The notes under the pieces: generated by a model | Database searches by the model: none | What the model saw: only the letters and a program-made list of their open reading frames with translations | Told to the model about the DNA's origin: nothing | Position numbers and translations under genes: made by a program | Origin: a virus | Length of the DNA stretch: 43,685 nucleotides | IMG/VR virus record: IMGVR_UViG_3300045988_135432 | Location: 1-43,685 of that record | Reading direction: 5' to 3' (one strand) | In this document: one piece after another, positions 7,765-16,124 of the stretch | Numbering within the stretch: the stretch's first letter is position 1 | How the letters are laid out: the number at the start of each line of letters is the position of its first letter

Positions 7765-8444
7765 TATTTCTTTTCCTTTCCGGCGGCGATTGCGGCGTCG
7801 AGAGCGGCGGTCATAGTCGCTGAGGCGCCGGTCTGTTTCTGCCTCGACGCTTCGATGTCCTCCGGCTCACCTTCGACTATCGCGCCGAGGAGCTCCGATG
7901 GGCAGTACATCCTCGCGAAGAACGCCGCCGCGCGGTAGAACAGCATCTGCTCCGGCATATTCTTCCACTTCGTATTACTCATCCAGCCTTCAGCCGCCGC
8001 CATTTTCATGGAGATTTCGGTTCCGTCGACGACTTCGCCGTCCGAAATCCGGATCGCGCGGATGAAGCAAGTACGAGTGTCGGTGCCCTTCGTACCGGAG
8101 TAAATCGGACGGGCGTCGCGGAAGCGTCCGCACGAGTTGATGATAGCCATGCACGCCTGACCGCTCCAACGGGGCTTGCCTTTCACGACGTCGACGTTCT
8201 GGAGGACGGCGAGCGGGGAGAGTCCGGCGCGTGCCGCCATTTCGATAGCGACGAAGCAGTCCTGGGGCTTGTTCTGGTATTTCTCCGGGATCATCTGTGA
8301 TTTCGACAGCATGATCGCGACGCGCTGAGTCTGCTCGAACGCGTCCTTGTCCACCCAGATGTTGGTGACGTTCATCGGCGCGGTGTTGATCGGCGCGACA
8401 GCCTGTTCGTTAGTCGCGGGAATGATTTCTTGTGCGTTGTCCAT
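7764..8444 (-). CDS. recT: RecT-family single-strand annealing recombinase
   Basis: RecT-like core (KSQMIPEKYQNKPQDCFVAIEMA...PLAVLQNVDVVKGKPRWS). SD AAAGGAG before the ATG at 8444. Confidence 0.85.
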   Translation of the reverse strand: MDNAQEIIPATNEQAVAPINTAPMNVTNIWVDKDAFEQTQRVAIMLSKSQMIPEKYQNKPQDCFVAIEMAARAGLSPLAVLQNVDVVKGKPRWSGQACMAIINSCGRFRDARPIYSGTKGTDTRTCFIRAIRISDGEVVDGTEISMKMAAAEGWMSNTKWKNMPEQMLFYRAAAFFARMYCPSELLGAIVEGEPEDIEASRQKQTGASATMTAALDAAIAAGKEKK

Positions 8445-8457
8445 TTTCTGTGCTCCT

Positions 8458-8868
8458 TTAATTAAAATTTTTCGGTATATCGTGGTGGACCATATTGTCC
8501 ATTTTCGCCCCGCAGTATGGGCAGTACGGCGTAGGCTTTGACGACGCCATCCCGCACCAGTCGCAGTACACCTTGTTGTCACATTCGTCGTACTTCCACT
8601 TCCCATGCTCTATAGGCGCGACGTCGGCGTTGGAGGCCCATAGCATCTTATTCATCGGGACGGCAAGCACGCTTATACCGTCGGGAACCGCCGCTGTGTG
8701 CTGCATCATTCGCTCGCCCATTCTGAATGCCTCCGCCTTGCTGATATACTGCTTTTCCAGTTCCGGCATCATGCTTTCCAGGTAGCCGCGGGCTTTCTCG
8801 TCCGCCCAGTCGCGGATCTTCTTAGCTTCTTTTGTTATCCAGTCCGAAGGTTGATATGTGTTTTCCAT
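8458..8868 (-). CDS. Hypothetical protein with a C-terminal zinc ribbon (CDWCG...YCPYCGAKMD)
   Basis: SD GGAGGAAA. The C-terminal motif is shared with 11620..11922. Confidence 0.65.
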   Translation of the reverse strand: MENTYQPSDWITKEAKKIRDWADEKARGYLESMMPELEKQYISKAEAFRMGERMMQHTAAVPDGISVLAVPMNKMLWASNADVAPIEHGKWKYDECDNKVYCDWCGMASSKPTPYCPYCGAKMDNMVHHDIPKNFN

Positions 8869-8879
8869 GTCGTTTCCTC

Positions 8880-9692
8880 CTATTCGAGTTCCTTTTCGAC
8901 CCATTTCGGCAATTTCAGCGTGTTCACCATCCCGAACGCGCCCTCGTACCCGTACCAGTTTCCGGAGTCGAGACAGGATTTGTAAATCCCGATAGCTTCC
9001 CGGAACCGGTCCTGCCCGCTCTTGATCATGAGATCGTCGGCTTGCAAGATGTTGATGAGATAGGGCGGTTCCTTCTCGACGCAGACGAACAGGAAGTCGC
9101 ACCCGACATTGCGTTCTCTGCTCACTGCCTCAATGAACATGGCGGCTTGCATATCGTACCCGAGGGCGTAGGCCTGCTTCACCATGGTTTCGGTGTCAGC
9201 CCTGGCGCAGGTTTTGAGGTCTACAATCAGCGCTTTGCCGTCGATCATCTTTACGCAGTCGGGGCGCGCCTGACAGTCGAGCCCGGTCATTTCGTCCTGC
9301 CAGTAGTAGGACGTTTCGACCTCGCCGCGGAGAAGGAAGTCGGCGCGTGGGTTTGCCCTGATAGCGGCGGTCATTTCATCGATAAGCACCATATCATCAG
9401 TGGAAATAACTGTTTTCCCTTGTGCACTTTCCACAAATGCCTGATATTCTTCTTTCCCGGCTTTCGTCCGTCGGTCGCATTGCGGCGCGACGGCGTACTC
9501 GTCGAAGAATCCGTCCGGCTCGAGCACGTATTTGTGCAGCGCGGAGCCGAATTGCATCGCGGCGGTTGGCGGCTCGGGATGGTCTTCGAGCCACTTGAAC
9601 TTCGCCGGGGTGTCGCTCAGGAGCCGCCAGAGCTTCGTCTTGCTGACACTCGGTTTTGCGTGGTACTCGGCAATGGAATCTTTAATGATCAT
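8880..9692 (-). CDS. PD-(D/E)XK exonuclease (RecE/YqaJ-like partner of RecT)
   Basis: D...IVDLKT catalytic pattern. SD GGAGGAAAA. Adjacent to recT. Confidence 0.75.
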   Translation of the reverse strand: MIIKDSIAEYHAKPSVSKTKLWRLLSDTPAKFKWLEDHPEPPTAAMQFGSALHKYVLEPDGFFDEYAVAPQCDRRTKAGKEEYQAFVESAQGKTVISTDDMVLIDEMTAAIRANPRADFLLRGEVETSYYWQDEMTGLDCQARPDCVKMIDGKALIVDLKTCARADTETMVKQAYALGYDMQAAMFIEAVSRERNVGCDFLFVCVEKEPPYLINILQADDLMIKSGQDRFREAIGIYKSCLDSGNWYGYEGAFGMVNTLKLPKWVEKELE

Positions 9693-9975
9693 GGCGCTTT
9701 TCCTCCAGCTTTTCAAGCCCCTCGAGCAGGAGCTTGAAGTTCTCTTCCGACGCGAGGAAGTCCATCGACTTGATGAGTCGCCCGTTTTCGATGTATCGGC
9801 ATTTCGCGACGGGCATTCCGAGCGCGTCAAGGTCGCTTTTGTAGTTGTAGCAGAACGACGCGCGAAGTTCGCGCTCAGGACCGACGCGCCAGATATCGAA
9901 ATCGGTTTCAAGCTCTGGGTGCTCCGCGATGAAGTCGAGGACTTTGACGATGAGGGTTGCGAGTTTAGCGTTCAT
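9682..9975 (-). CDS. Hypothetical protein (97 aa)
   Basis: SD GGAGGA before the ATG at 9975. Confidence 0.6.
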   Translation of the reverse strand: MNAKLATLIVKVLDFIAEHPELETDFDIWRVGPERELRASFCYNYKSDLDALGMPVAKCRYIENGRLIKSMDFLASEENFKLLLEGLEKLEEKRHDH

Positions 9976-10234
9976 CGTCGTTGTCCTCCAGACCGATCTT
10001 CTCTTCTTTCGAGCGAACCTCGAGGATATCGAGGTATGCCCGCATCGCGTCAAGCTGCTGTTCAAGAAGCCAGACCGGCGAGTCGAGGGTAAACTCGAGC
10101 TTGCCTGCATAATACTTTCTGAGTATCACATGCAGCTTCTCGTACCTGATTTTCGTCTGCTGATACTCGGCTACGAATCGGTCTCCGTAGTCGTTTGAAA
10201 GCATCAGGTCGAAGGTGTCTTTGAGGTCTTTCAT
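9965..10234 (-). CDS. Hypothetical helical protein (89 aa)
   Basis: ORF within the operon. Confidence 0.6.
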   Translation of the reverse strand: MKDLKDTFDLMLSNDYGDRFVAEYQQTKIRYEKLHVILRKYYAGKLEFTLDSPVWLLEQQLDAMRAYLDILEVRSKEEKIGLEDNDDER

Positions 10235-10419
10235 TCGAGTAACTGCCCCTCCTTTATTGCGGTAATGAGCGCGCGCTTATAGAGCGCCTTATATGGCTCG
10301 TCCAATGTCACATAGACATTCTCAACGATGTTCGCGACTTCGTTCGTGATCTCTGCGATTTTACCTCTCACTTCGATCTCGCAGATATCTTTCTTGTGGT
10401 CAAGTTTTGCTTTTATCAT
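10231..10419 (-). CDS. Hypothetical protein (62 aa)
   Basis: ATGA-type overlap with the downstream gene. Confidence 0.55.
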   Translation of the reverse strand: MIKAKLDHKKDICEIEVRGKIAEITNEVANIVENVYVTLDEPYKALYKRALITAIKEGQLLE

Positions 10420-10641
10420 GGGGTTCTCCTCTCATAATTCTTGCTTCATAATGGTAGCACGCCGCGCCGCACGTTGGGCATTTCATTGCAACGACAATGG
10501 TGTTGTCAGTACTGAATCTGGTTTGATAGTCCTCCTTTTCGCCCTCAAAGACGCACCCGCAACTGGTGCACTCGAACCGTTTCGTCGTATCGCGACGGAG
10601 ATATACAGCAGGACGAAGGGGGTTGATCTGAGAATTTTCAT
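10400..10641 (-). pseudogene. Zinc-ribbon ORF interrupted at a C5 run (frameshift, assembly error or recoding)
   Basis: The ATGA-coupled ATG at 10641 opens a frame with an implausible product. The -1 frame after the C5 run (10618-10622) encodes RFECTSCGCVFEGEKEDYQ...MKCPTCGAACYHY. Confidence 0.45.
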
Positions 10642-11006
10642 TCCTTTACCTCCTCGAGCCAGTACTTCTTCCGGCAGTCAGGGCATTCGCATTCGCTGTG
10701 ATCGAACTTCCCCTTCTCTGGGCAAGCAAACTCTTCGTCAAAGCTATTTGGGCAGAAATCTATCGTGCCGTTGCTGGCCATGCTCGCTCTCGGAAACATC
10801 TTCAAGAACTCGCTTTGCCGAGTCTTTAACGGATGCTCCTTGCTCCATTTCTCAACAATCACAACAGCTTCGGCGGGGCAGCGTTTGATATAATCGTTGC
10901 ACGATTCGTTGCCGTCCATGCGATTTGCTATTTCGCATCCCCTACAGCGATTGTTAAACGACTTGCACATTCTGTCGCGCGTCACGATAAATTCAACCGC
11001 GTCCAT
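10638..11006 (-). CDS. Cys-rich hypothetical protein (122 aa)
   Basis: CRGCE...C..YIKRCP...CECPDC motifs. Confidence 0.6.
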   Translation of the reverse strand: MDAVEFIVTRDRMCKSFNNRCRGCEIANRMDGNESCNDYIKRCPAEAVVIVEKWSKEHPLKTRQSEFLKMFPRASMASNGTIDFCPNSFDEEFACPEKGKFDHSECECPDCRKKYWLEEVKE

Positions 11007-11466
11007 TTTTCCTATCTCCTCTCAGGTCGCGCCCGCAGTGCGGGCAGAAATTGATTTGAAATGAATCCATCCTCGGACCGTTGCAATAGCTGTCACCGTA
11101 GGTCGGGCAATAGTAGCTTCTGACAAACAGAGTCTTTCCAGCCCACGGGAGATCACCGATGAACAGCTTCGTTCTGAATGTCTCCTGATAAGGTGTCAGC
11201 ATCTGACCGTTTTTCTCGTAAGGTACCGCGTGCTTCCCGTCGCAGAACTCGCAGGGTCTCGCGATCTCCTCGCGTCCATTTTCGTCCTCCTCTTTTTTTG
11301 CCCACTCATCCGGCTTCCATTGCCACGGCTCTTTGCGCCATGTGTAACAGGCATCACCGTTCGGATCATTCAGCGGACAGTCGTCGCAGTTTTTCTGCTT
11401 TCTGCACGTGTTTTTTATTGTTTCAAGTGCTTGTTTCAGTTCAGGTGTCATCTTCGTCATCCCCAA
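10993..11466 (-). CDS. Cys-rich hypothetical protein (about 155 aa; start approximate)
   Basis: KNCDDCPL...C and CEFCDG...FCPHCG motifs. Confidence 0.6.
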   Translation of the reverse strand: MGMTKMTPELKQALETIKNTCRKQKNCDDCPLNDPNGDACYTWRKEPWQWKPDEWAKKEEDENGREEIARPCEFCDGKHAVPYEKNGQMLTPYQETFRTKLFIGDLPWAGKTLFVRSYYCPTYGDSYCNGPRMDSFQINFCPHCGRDLRGDRKNGRG

Positions 11467-11623
11467 TCCACTCGTCTATACTCCATAACCAAATCCACGG
11501 TGCATGAACTTGTATATAGCACTTGCCTTCGTATTCTTTGCTCTTTGGACATATTGCACAATTCTTGTATTTGTTGCAAACGTCCCGCTTTATTTCGAGC
11601 GCTTTCTCTTCTTCAGGTGTCAT
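11441..11623 (-). CDS. Cys-rich small protein (60 aa)
   Basis: CNKYKNCAICP...C motif, similar to the N-terminus of the 10993..11466 product. Confidence 0.55.
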   Translation of the reverse strand: MTPEEEKALEIKRDVCNKYKNCAICPKSKEYEGKCYIQVHAPWIWLWSIDEWIGDDEDDT

Positions 11624-11922
11624 ATTTCGTCCTCCTCATCCATCTTCGCCCCGCAGTGTGGGCAGTATGGCGGCGTGTACTGCTTGTTCGACTTGTTGCA
11701 GTGTGAGCAGAACGCCTTTTCTTCGCCGCTGCCTTCGCAGCCGTTGACGTAGACACGTCTCATCTCCCATTTCGCATGGATGATCGGTGCGGCATCGGCA
11801 GCGGAAATGTCATCTTGAACGGCTTCAATCATCAATTCGATGTCTACTACTGGACTGCTGCTCTCCTCGCCTGCGCCTTTCAGCAGGTCGATCACTGCTT
11901 GTCTTTCGATGTATTCAGCCAT
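11620..11922 (-). CDS. Hypothetical protein with a C-terminal zinc ribbon (CSHCN...YCPHCGAKMD)
   Basis: Paralogous C-terminus to 8458..8868. Confidence 0.6.
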   Translation of the reverse strand: MAEYIERQAVIDLLKGAGEESSSPVVDIELMIEAVQDDISAADAAPIIHAKWEMRRVYVNGCEGSGEEKAFCSHCNKSNKQYTPPYCPHCGAKMDEEDEI

Positions 11923-12097
11923 TTTCGTCCTCCTTTGTTTCTATCTGTCTCCCCAGTCTGTTGATATCACCAAGAATTGTCTTAAGCCCATCTGAATCGC
12001 TGTGTAAGCACGTTTCGCAGATATAATTGCATCCGGCAGTGGATTTCCACGGGCAGTTCATAAACGCCATTGAGCGTTCTTCGAACGTGTTGTTCAT
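11915..12097 (-). CDS. Cys-rich small protein (60 aa)
   Basis: MNCPWKSTAGCNYICETC motif. Confidence 0.5.
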   Translation of the reverse strand: MNNTFEERSMAFMNCPWKSTAGCNYICETCLHSDSDGLKTILGDINRLGRQIETKEDENG

Positions 12098-13443
12098 TCT
12101 TCCTCCTCCGGAAATCTCAGCTTCGTCACGGCGATCGGGAATTCCTCAATCTCACTCGCCCATCTCGCCGAGCCCCTGCCGTGAAACGTCTCCCAACACA
12201 GCGGGAAGCCGCCGATCCCGTCGAACAGGCTGCCCATCGTCGCGCCGGCCGGAAGATATTCGCTCATCCGGCGGAGCATCCAGAGCCAGAAGGGGAGGGC
12301 GATTGAGTTCCCGAGTGCCTTATACCTCGGCGCGTCGGCGGATTTGTGTTTCTTGCCCTTCGTGTCGATCCAGTTGCCGATGTCCGTCCACCCGTCCGGG
12401 AAGCCTTGAAGCCGCTCGCATTCAAGCGGTGTCAGACGCCGGACCGCGCCATCCTGAACGCTCAGATCGAGCGAGGATAGCTTACATTGATTGCTACATT
12501 GCGTACTCGCCACATCGGATTCAGCCATGCCGCCGAACCCCTGATTCGAGAAGGTGAGTGGTATCTGATTCCCGCCCGTTCCCATCCTGCCTTGCAAGGT
12601 CGGCGACACCTCACCGCAGTCGCGGATCACGTCACTTGCGTGCGCCATGTCATAGCACACAGCCGGGCGGTCAATCGTGTTGAGCGTATAACTCACGTTT
12701 TCGCGCCATCCGCGACCGTTGCATCCCACTGTGTCGGCGCGGTCGATCACATTGCCTTGCAGACAAATCACTGCCTGATTATTTGCGCCGCTGTTTCTTC
12801 GTGCTGAGAGCGTAGGGAACACTCCCGCACTTTGATAAATCCGTCTGCTCTGGCAATCCCACGGGGTCAGGCATCCAGCGCCGTCTTTTTTAACACCGCC
12901 TTCAACGCTTCCGGCAGCTCCTTCCCGCGCCTCTCCGCGCGTCTCAGAATCCCCAGACACGCCGTCGCGCTCAAAGAGTATTTCGGGTGCGGTTTCTCCT
13001 CCAAAATCTGCGACAAGTGCGATTCGACGGCGACGTTGGGGGACTCCCCAGAATTGCGCGTCGTGCACTCGCCAGGCGACTGAATACCCATCGCCCACGA
13101 CGCATCCGGCGTGTGCCCATCTGCCTTTCGGAGGTTGAGGGACAGTAGCTGACTCGTCGACGACTTTGACGATTTCTTCGAGGACGATCCGGAAGTCTTC
13201 GCCTCGGTTGCTGCTGAATGCTCCGGGGACGTTTTCCCAGACCATGTATCGCGGTTTTCCATATTTTCTGCGCATCTCCTTTACAATCCTGATTTGCTCC
13301 ATAAACAGTCCGGAGCGTGCGCCGGATAACCCGGCGCGTTTTCCTGCCACACTCAAGTCCTGGCAGGGCGAGCCGCCGATAATGCAGTTGACGGGTTCGA
13401 TCTCATCCCCGCGGATAAGTGTGATGTCTCCTAAGTGCTTCAC
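12094..13443 (-). CDS. DNA (cytosine-5) methyltransferase, circularly permuted (motif order III-IV-VI-VIII-TRD-IX-X-I-II)
   Basis: GGSPCQDLSVAG (IV) at residues 23-34, ENVPG (VI), QRRRR (VIII), RRLTPLECERLQGFPDGW (IX), GNSIALPF (X). LFDGIGGF (I) and ASEIEEFPIAVTKLRFPE (II) form the C-terminus. GTG start after GGGAGGT. Confidence 0.85.
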   Translation of the reverse strand: MKHLGDITLIRGDEIEPVNCIIGGSPCQDLSVAGKRAGLSGARSGLFMEQIRIVKEMRRKYGKPRYMVWENVPGAFSSNRGEDFRIVLEEIVKVVDESATVPQPPKGRWAHAGCVVGDGYSVAWRVHDAQFWGVPQRRRRIALVADFGGETAPEILFERDGVSGDSETRGEAREGAAGSVEGGVKKDGAGCLTPWDCQSRRIYQSAGVFPTLSARRNSGANNQAVICLQGNVIDRADTVGCNGRGWRENVSYTLNTIDRPAVCYDMAHASDVIRDCGEVSPTLQGRMGTGGNQIPLTFSNQGFGGMAESDVASTQCSNQCKLSSLDLSVQDGAVRRLTPLECERLQGFPDGWTDIGNWIDTKGKKHKSADAPRYKALGNSIALPFWLWMLRRMSEYLPAGATMGSLFDGIGGFPLCWETFHGRGSARWASEIEEFPIAVTKLRFPEEEE

Positions 13444-13446
13444 GTC

Positions 13447-14250
13447 TTACCTCCCGACGATCTCAGCCGCGCAGGAAAACCGCCAGCTGAATCCAGCAGC
13501 CGAGGCTCTGCGTCCTGCAAGGGCGTTGCTTATGTTCTGCTGGCACGCCCCCGTTGCTTTTGCAGCGTCCCGTATGGAGCTATAAATCGCAACTATTTCG
13601 TCACCTTGCATTGCAACCACGGGTTTCATCCGCTTTTCGTTGCTCCTTTTTCGCCATTCCATTTCCGACACTGGCGCTGAGAGGCGTTCAGCAGTCTCTG
13701 CATATAGCTGCGGAGAATTTTCAGCGAATGATAAATAGACAAATCGCTGCCCGGAAACAGATAGCTCACCATTCGCTTTGCACGACCGCCCGATGTTTGC
13801 CGCACAACTGTGCAAATCTCTTGCCGCATCGGCTATATCTCTGTATTCCTTGCCGGTAGTTAACGAGATGACAGGAGATAGCGCCTTGTGATGCCCACTA
13901 TTCATAGAGTGTATTGTGTTTTCACCATTTGTGCACCATTCAAGGTTTTCAACGCGGTTGTCAGATCGGTCGAAATTTTTGTGATTGACTTGAGGCTTGC
14001 CCTGCGGATTGGGGATGAAGGCGTTTGCCACAAGACGATGCACGCTGTATGTTCTCCCCGCGAAAGTCACTTGCATATACCCCGTTTGCACGTTTCGGTT
14101 GAGCTTTCTCGTTCTCCCTCTTACCGGCTTCTGGTATGTGCGAGCATGATCATGGACGGTTATGACACGGTCGATGCTCCGAACGTTTCCTAAGCTCGAA
14201 ACCTCCAGCTGTCCGTCAACTTCTTCAACGGGCTTCCATATTTCTTGCAC
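13447..14250 (-). CDS. HNH homing endonuclease (NUMOD4 + HNH_3 + two NUMOD1/IENR-like HTH repeats)
   Basis: EIWKPVEEVDGQLEVSSLGNVRS, VHRLVANAF, NHKNFDRSDNRVENLEW. Its last codons carry the SD of the methyltransferase. Confidence 0.85.
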   Translation of the reverse strand: MQEIWKPVEEVDGQLEVSSLGNVRSIDRVITVHDHARTYQKPVRGRTRKLNRNVQTGYMQVTFAGRTYSVHRLVANAFIPNPQGKPQVNHKNFDRSDNRVENLEWCTNGENTIHSMNSGHHKALSPVISLTTGKEYRDIADAARDLHSCAANIGRSCKANGELSVSGQRFVYLSFAENSPQLYAETAERLSAPVSEMEWRKRSNEKRMKPVVAMQGDEIVAIYSSIRDAAKATGACQQNISNALAGRRASAAGFSWRFSCAAEIVGR

Positions 14251-14746
14251 TTATTTCGCCTCCCAGGCTCAAATAACCTACTCCATCTATAAAGCTATCT
14301 GCCTTATAGTTCCCGCTCCGAATCCGCGCGATTTTGAGGAGCGCCATCATTATGGCGATGTCCTCGGAAGAGATCGGGTGCCCGATGTAGGTCGTCCAGA
14401 ACTCGGCGATAACCGCGAAATTATCTTCCGGCTTCCCGTACTGCTTTTCTCTGTCCCCGGTCACGATTTTCTTCGCGGCGTCGAGTATTTCGGCGCGGGT
14501 AGTTGGTGTATCGGTTGGTGTGTCAGCCTCAGTTGGTGTATCAGTTGGTGTACTGACCTTTTTGTTGACGTCAACAATATGCTCGTCAAGTCCAAAATCC
14601 CTGTTCCATTCCGCCGGAACCCCGCGAAGTTTGCAGAGCAGGTCGCTGCGACAGAACAGGCAGCCCTTGCAGCTGTCGAGACGTTCCTCACAGCTCCTGC
14701 TGAGCATCCTCGCGGCTTCCGTCAGTTTTTCGTTTTCGCTTTTCAT
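14225..14746 (-). CDS. DUF6378-like protein with an N-terminal Cys cluster and a PTDT linker
   Basis: TGDREKQYGKPEDNFAVIAEFW...MMALLKIARI...KADSFIDGVGY pattern. SD GAGGAGAA. Confidence 0.6.
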   Translation of the reverse strand: MKSENEKLTEAARMLSRSCEERLDSCKGCLFCRSDLLCKLRGVPAEWNRDFGLDEHIVDVNKKVSTPTDTPTEADTPTDTPTTRAEILDAAKKIVTGDREKQYGKPEDNFAVIAEFWTTYIGHPISSEDIAIMMALLKIARIRSGNYKADSFIDGVGYLSLGGEISARNMEAR

Positions 14747-14757
14747 AATCGTTCTCC

Positions 14758-15099
14758 TCACTTAGATTTAATAACTATATGTGTTCTCCCGCGCCCGAGG
14801 AGTTCGTCCTGCATCATCTGTGCGACTTTGTCTTCCTCGGCGGTTTCGGGGCGGTAGTTCTTTCCGGCTCTTTCGGCGTAGTCGGATGTGATATCCTCGA
14901 TGCCTTGGAGTATGTACATCAGGCGCTTGTCGCCGAATCCGGCAATATCGTTCAGAGCCAGACACACGGCGAGCAGAATCCGGTTCGCGTAGATTTTCTG
15001 CCGTTCCGCAAACTCGGCGTCGACCATAGCCCGGACGGCTTCCTGCGTCCCCGCCGGTAGGTTCTGCCGCGCTGTGGCGGCGGACATTCGGGCTTTCAT
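14758..15099 (-). CDS. Hypothetical protein (113 aa)
   Basis: ORF within the operon. Confidence 0.55.
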   Translation of the reverse strand: MKARMSAATARQNLPAGTQEAVRAMVDAEFAERQKIYANRILLAVCLALNDIAGFGDKRLMYILQGIEDITSDYAERAGKNYRPETAEEDKVAQMMQDELLGRGRTHIVIKSK

Positions 15100-15641
15100 G
15101 TCTCAGCCCTCCTGTAGGTGTTCCGCCTCGACGGGAAGAGCTTGCGGTTTTCGGCGCGGAGTTGGTAGAAGTCGCTTCGCGACCTGTGCAGGGCGTTGCA
15201 GATTTCCGATTCGCTGATATCGCGGTCGGACCACATATCGGCGGCGCGGGCGATTTCCTCCGGCGACCAGATTCTTCCGCGTTCATGGCGGCGGGGGAAG
15301 AGTTCGCGGTTCCGCTGCATGACGCCGCGAACGGCTTGCTCCGACCGGCAGACGGCTTCGGCGATTTCGAAGATGTCTGCGCCGCGGTTCCAGCATTCTG
15401 CCATGTACTGAATGTCCTCGTCCGACCATCTGCCGCGGTTGACGCCTCTTTCGATGTGGCTTTCGGCGACGCGGTCGGTGTTGTCGTGTCCGCGCTCCGG
15501 CGGGACGACGGTGACGAGACCTTTCAGGATTTTCCGGATGACCATGACCGGTAGCCTCGTCCGGGCGGCGATTTCGTGGAGTTTCTTTTCCGGCTCGGGG
15601 GTGTTATCGAGTTCAGCGAGGATTTCGTCTTTGGCGATCAT
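15096..15641 (-). CDS. DNA-binding protein with repeated Myb/SANT- or GcrA-like HTH units
   Basis: Internal repeat RWSDEDIQYMAECWNRGADIFEIAE...NRELFPRR / IWSPEEIARAADMWSDRDISESEICN...NRKLFPSR. Confidence 0.6.
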   Translation of the reverse strand: MIAKDEILAELDNTPEPEKKLHEIAARTRLPVMVIRKILKGLVTVVPPERGHDNTDRVAESHIERGVNRGRWSDEDIQYMAECWNRGADIFEIAEAVCRSEQAVRGVMQRNRELFPRRHERGRIWSPEEIARAADMWSDRDISESEICNALHRSRSDFYQLRAENRKLFPSRRNTYRRAET

Positions 15642-15958
15642 GCTTTCGCCCTCCTTTTGTTCTTCCTCAAAAAGAGGTCGCGACGCCGCGTGATTATGTG
15701 CGCCAGGGTCTGGGGGTTCATATTGTACTTATGGGCGATCTGAGGGACCGTCCATCCTGCCCCCCAGAGCTTCGCCATGTCGGCGTACATCTTCTGCCGG
15801 GCTTCGCTCACAACGGAGCCTCGACGCTGCCATATGACGCTCCTGAGCGACGCGGCGCTGATTGCGTACTCTTCGGCGATATCCGCCGTTCTCTCTCCCG
15901 CCCGGATGCGGCTGAGAACGTCGTCGATCACAATGTCAGTCCAGAATCGCGGCATCAT
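15638..15958 (-). CDS. HTH-repeat DNA-binding protein, paralog-like to 15096..15641
   Basis: SD GGGAGGG before ATGATG. Repeat units TADIAEEYAISAASLRSVIWQRR / TVPQIAHKYNMNPQTLAHIITRRRDLF. Confidence 0.55.
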   Translation of the reverse strand: MMPRFWTDIVIDDVLSRIRAGERTADIAEEYAISAASLRSVIWQRRGSVVSEARQKMYADMAKLWGAGWTVPQIAHKYNMNPQTLAHIITRRRDLFLRKNKRRAKA

Positions 15959-16124
15959 AGAATTTCGCCCTCCCATGCTCAATTTCAATCTCAACGGTGT
16001 GCGCTGTCAGGAGTGCTCGCACCATTGCGCGGAGTTCGGCGTTCTCGCGCCTCAGCTCGTTGTTGTGCTCCTGCTCGATGCGATGGAGCTTGTCCGACGC
16101 GATTTTATTTGCTGCCTCTATCAT
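15936..16124 (-). CDS. Small coiled-coil protein (62 aa)
   Basis: ORF with heptad-like charged sequence. Confidence 0.45.
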   Translation of the reverse strand: MIEAANKIASDKLHRIEQEHNNELRRENAELRAMVRALLTAHTVEIEIEHGRAKFYDAAILD

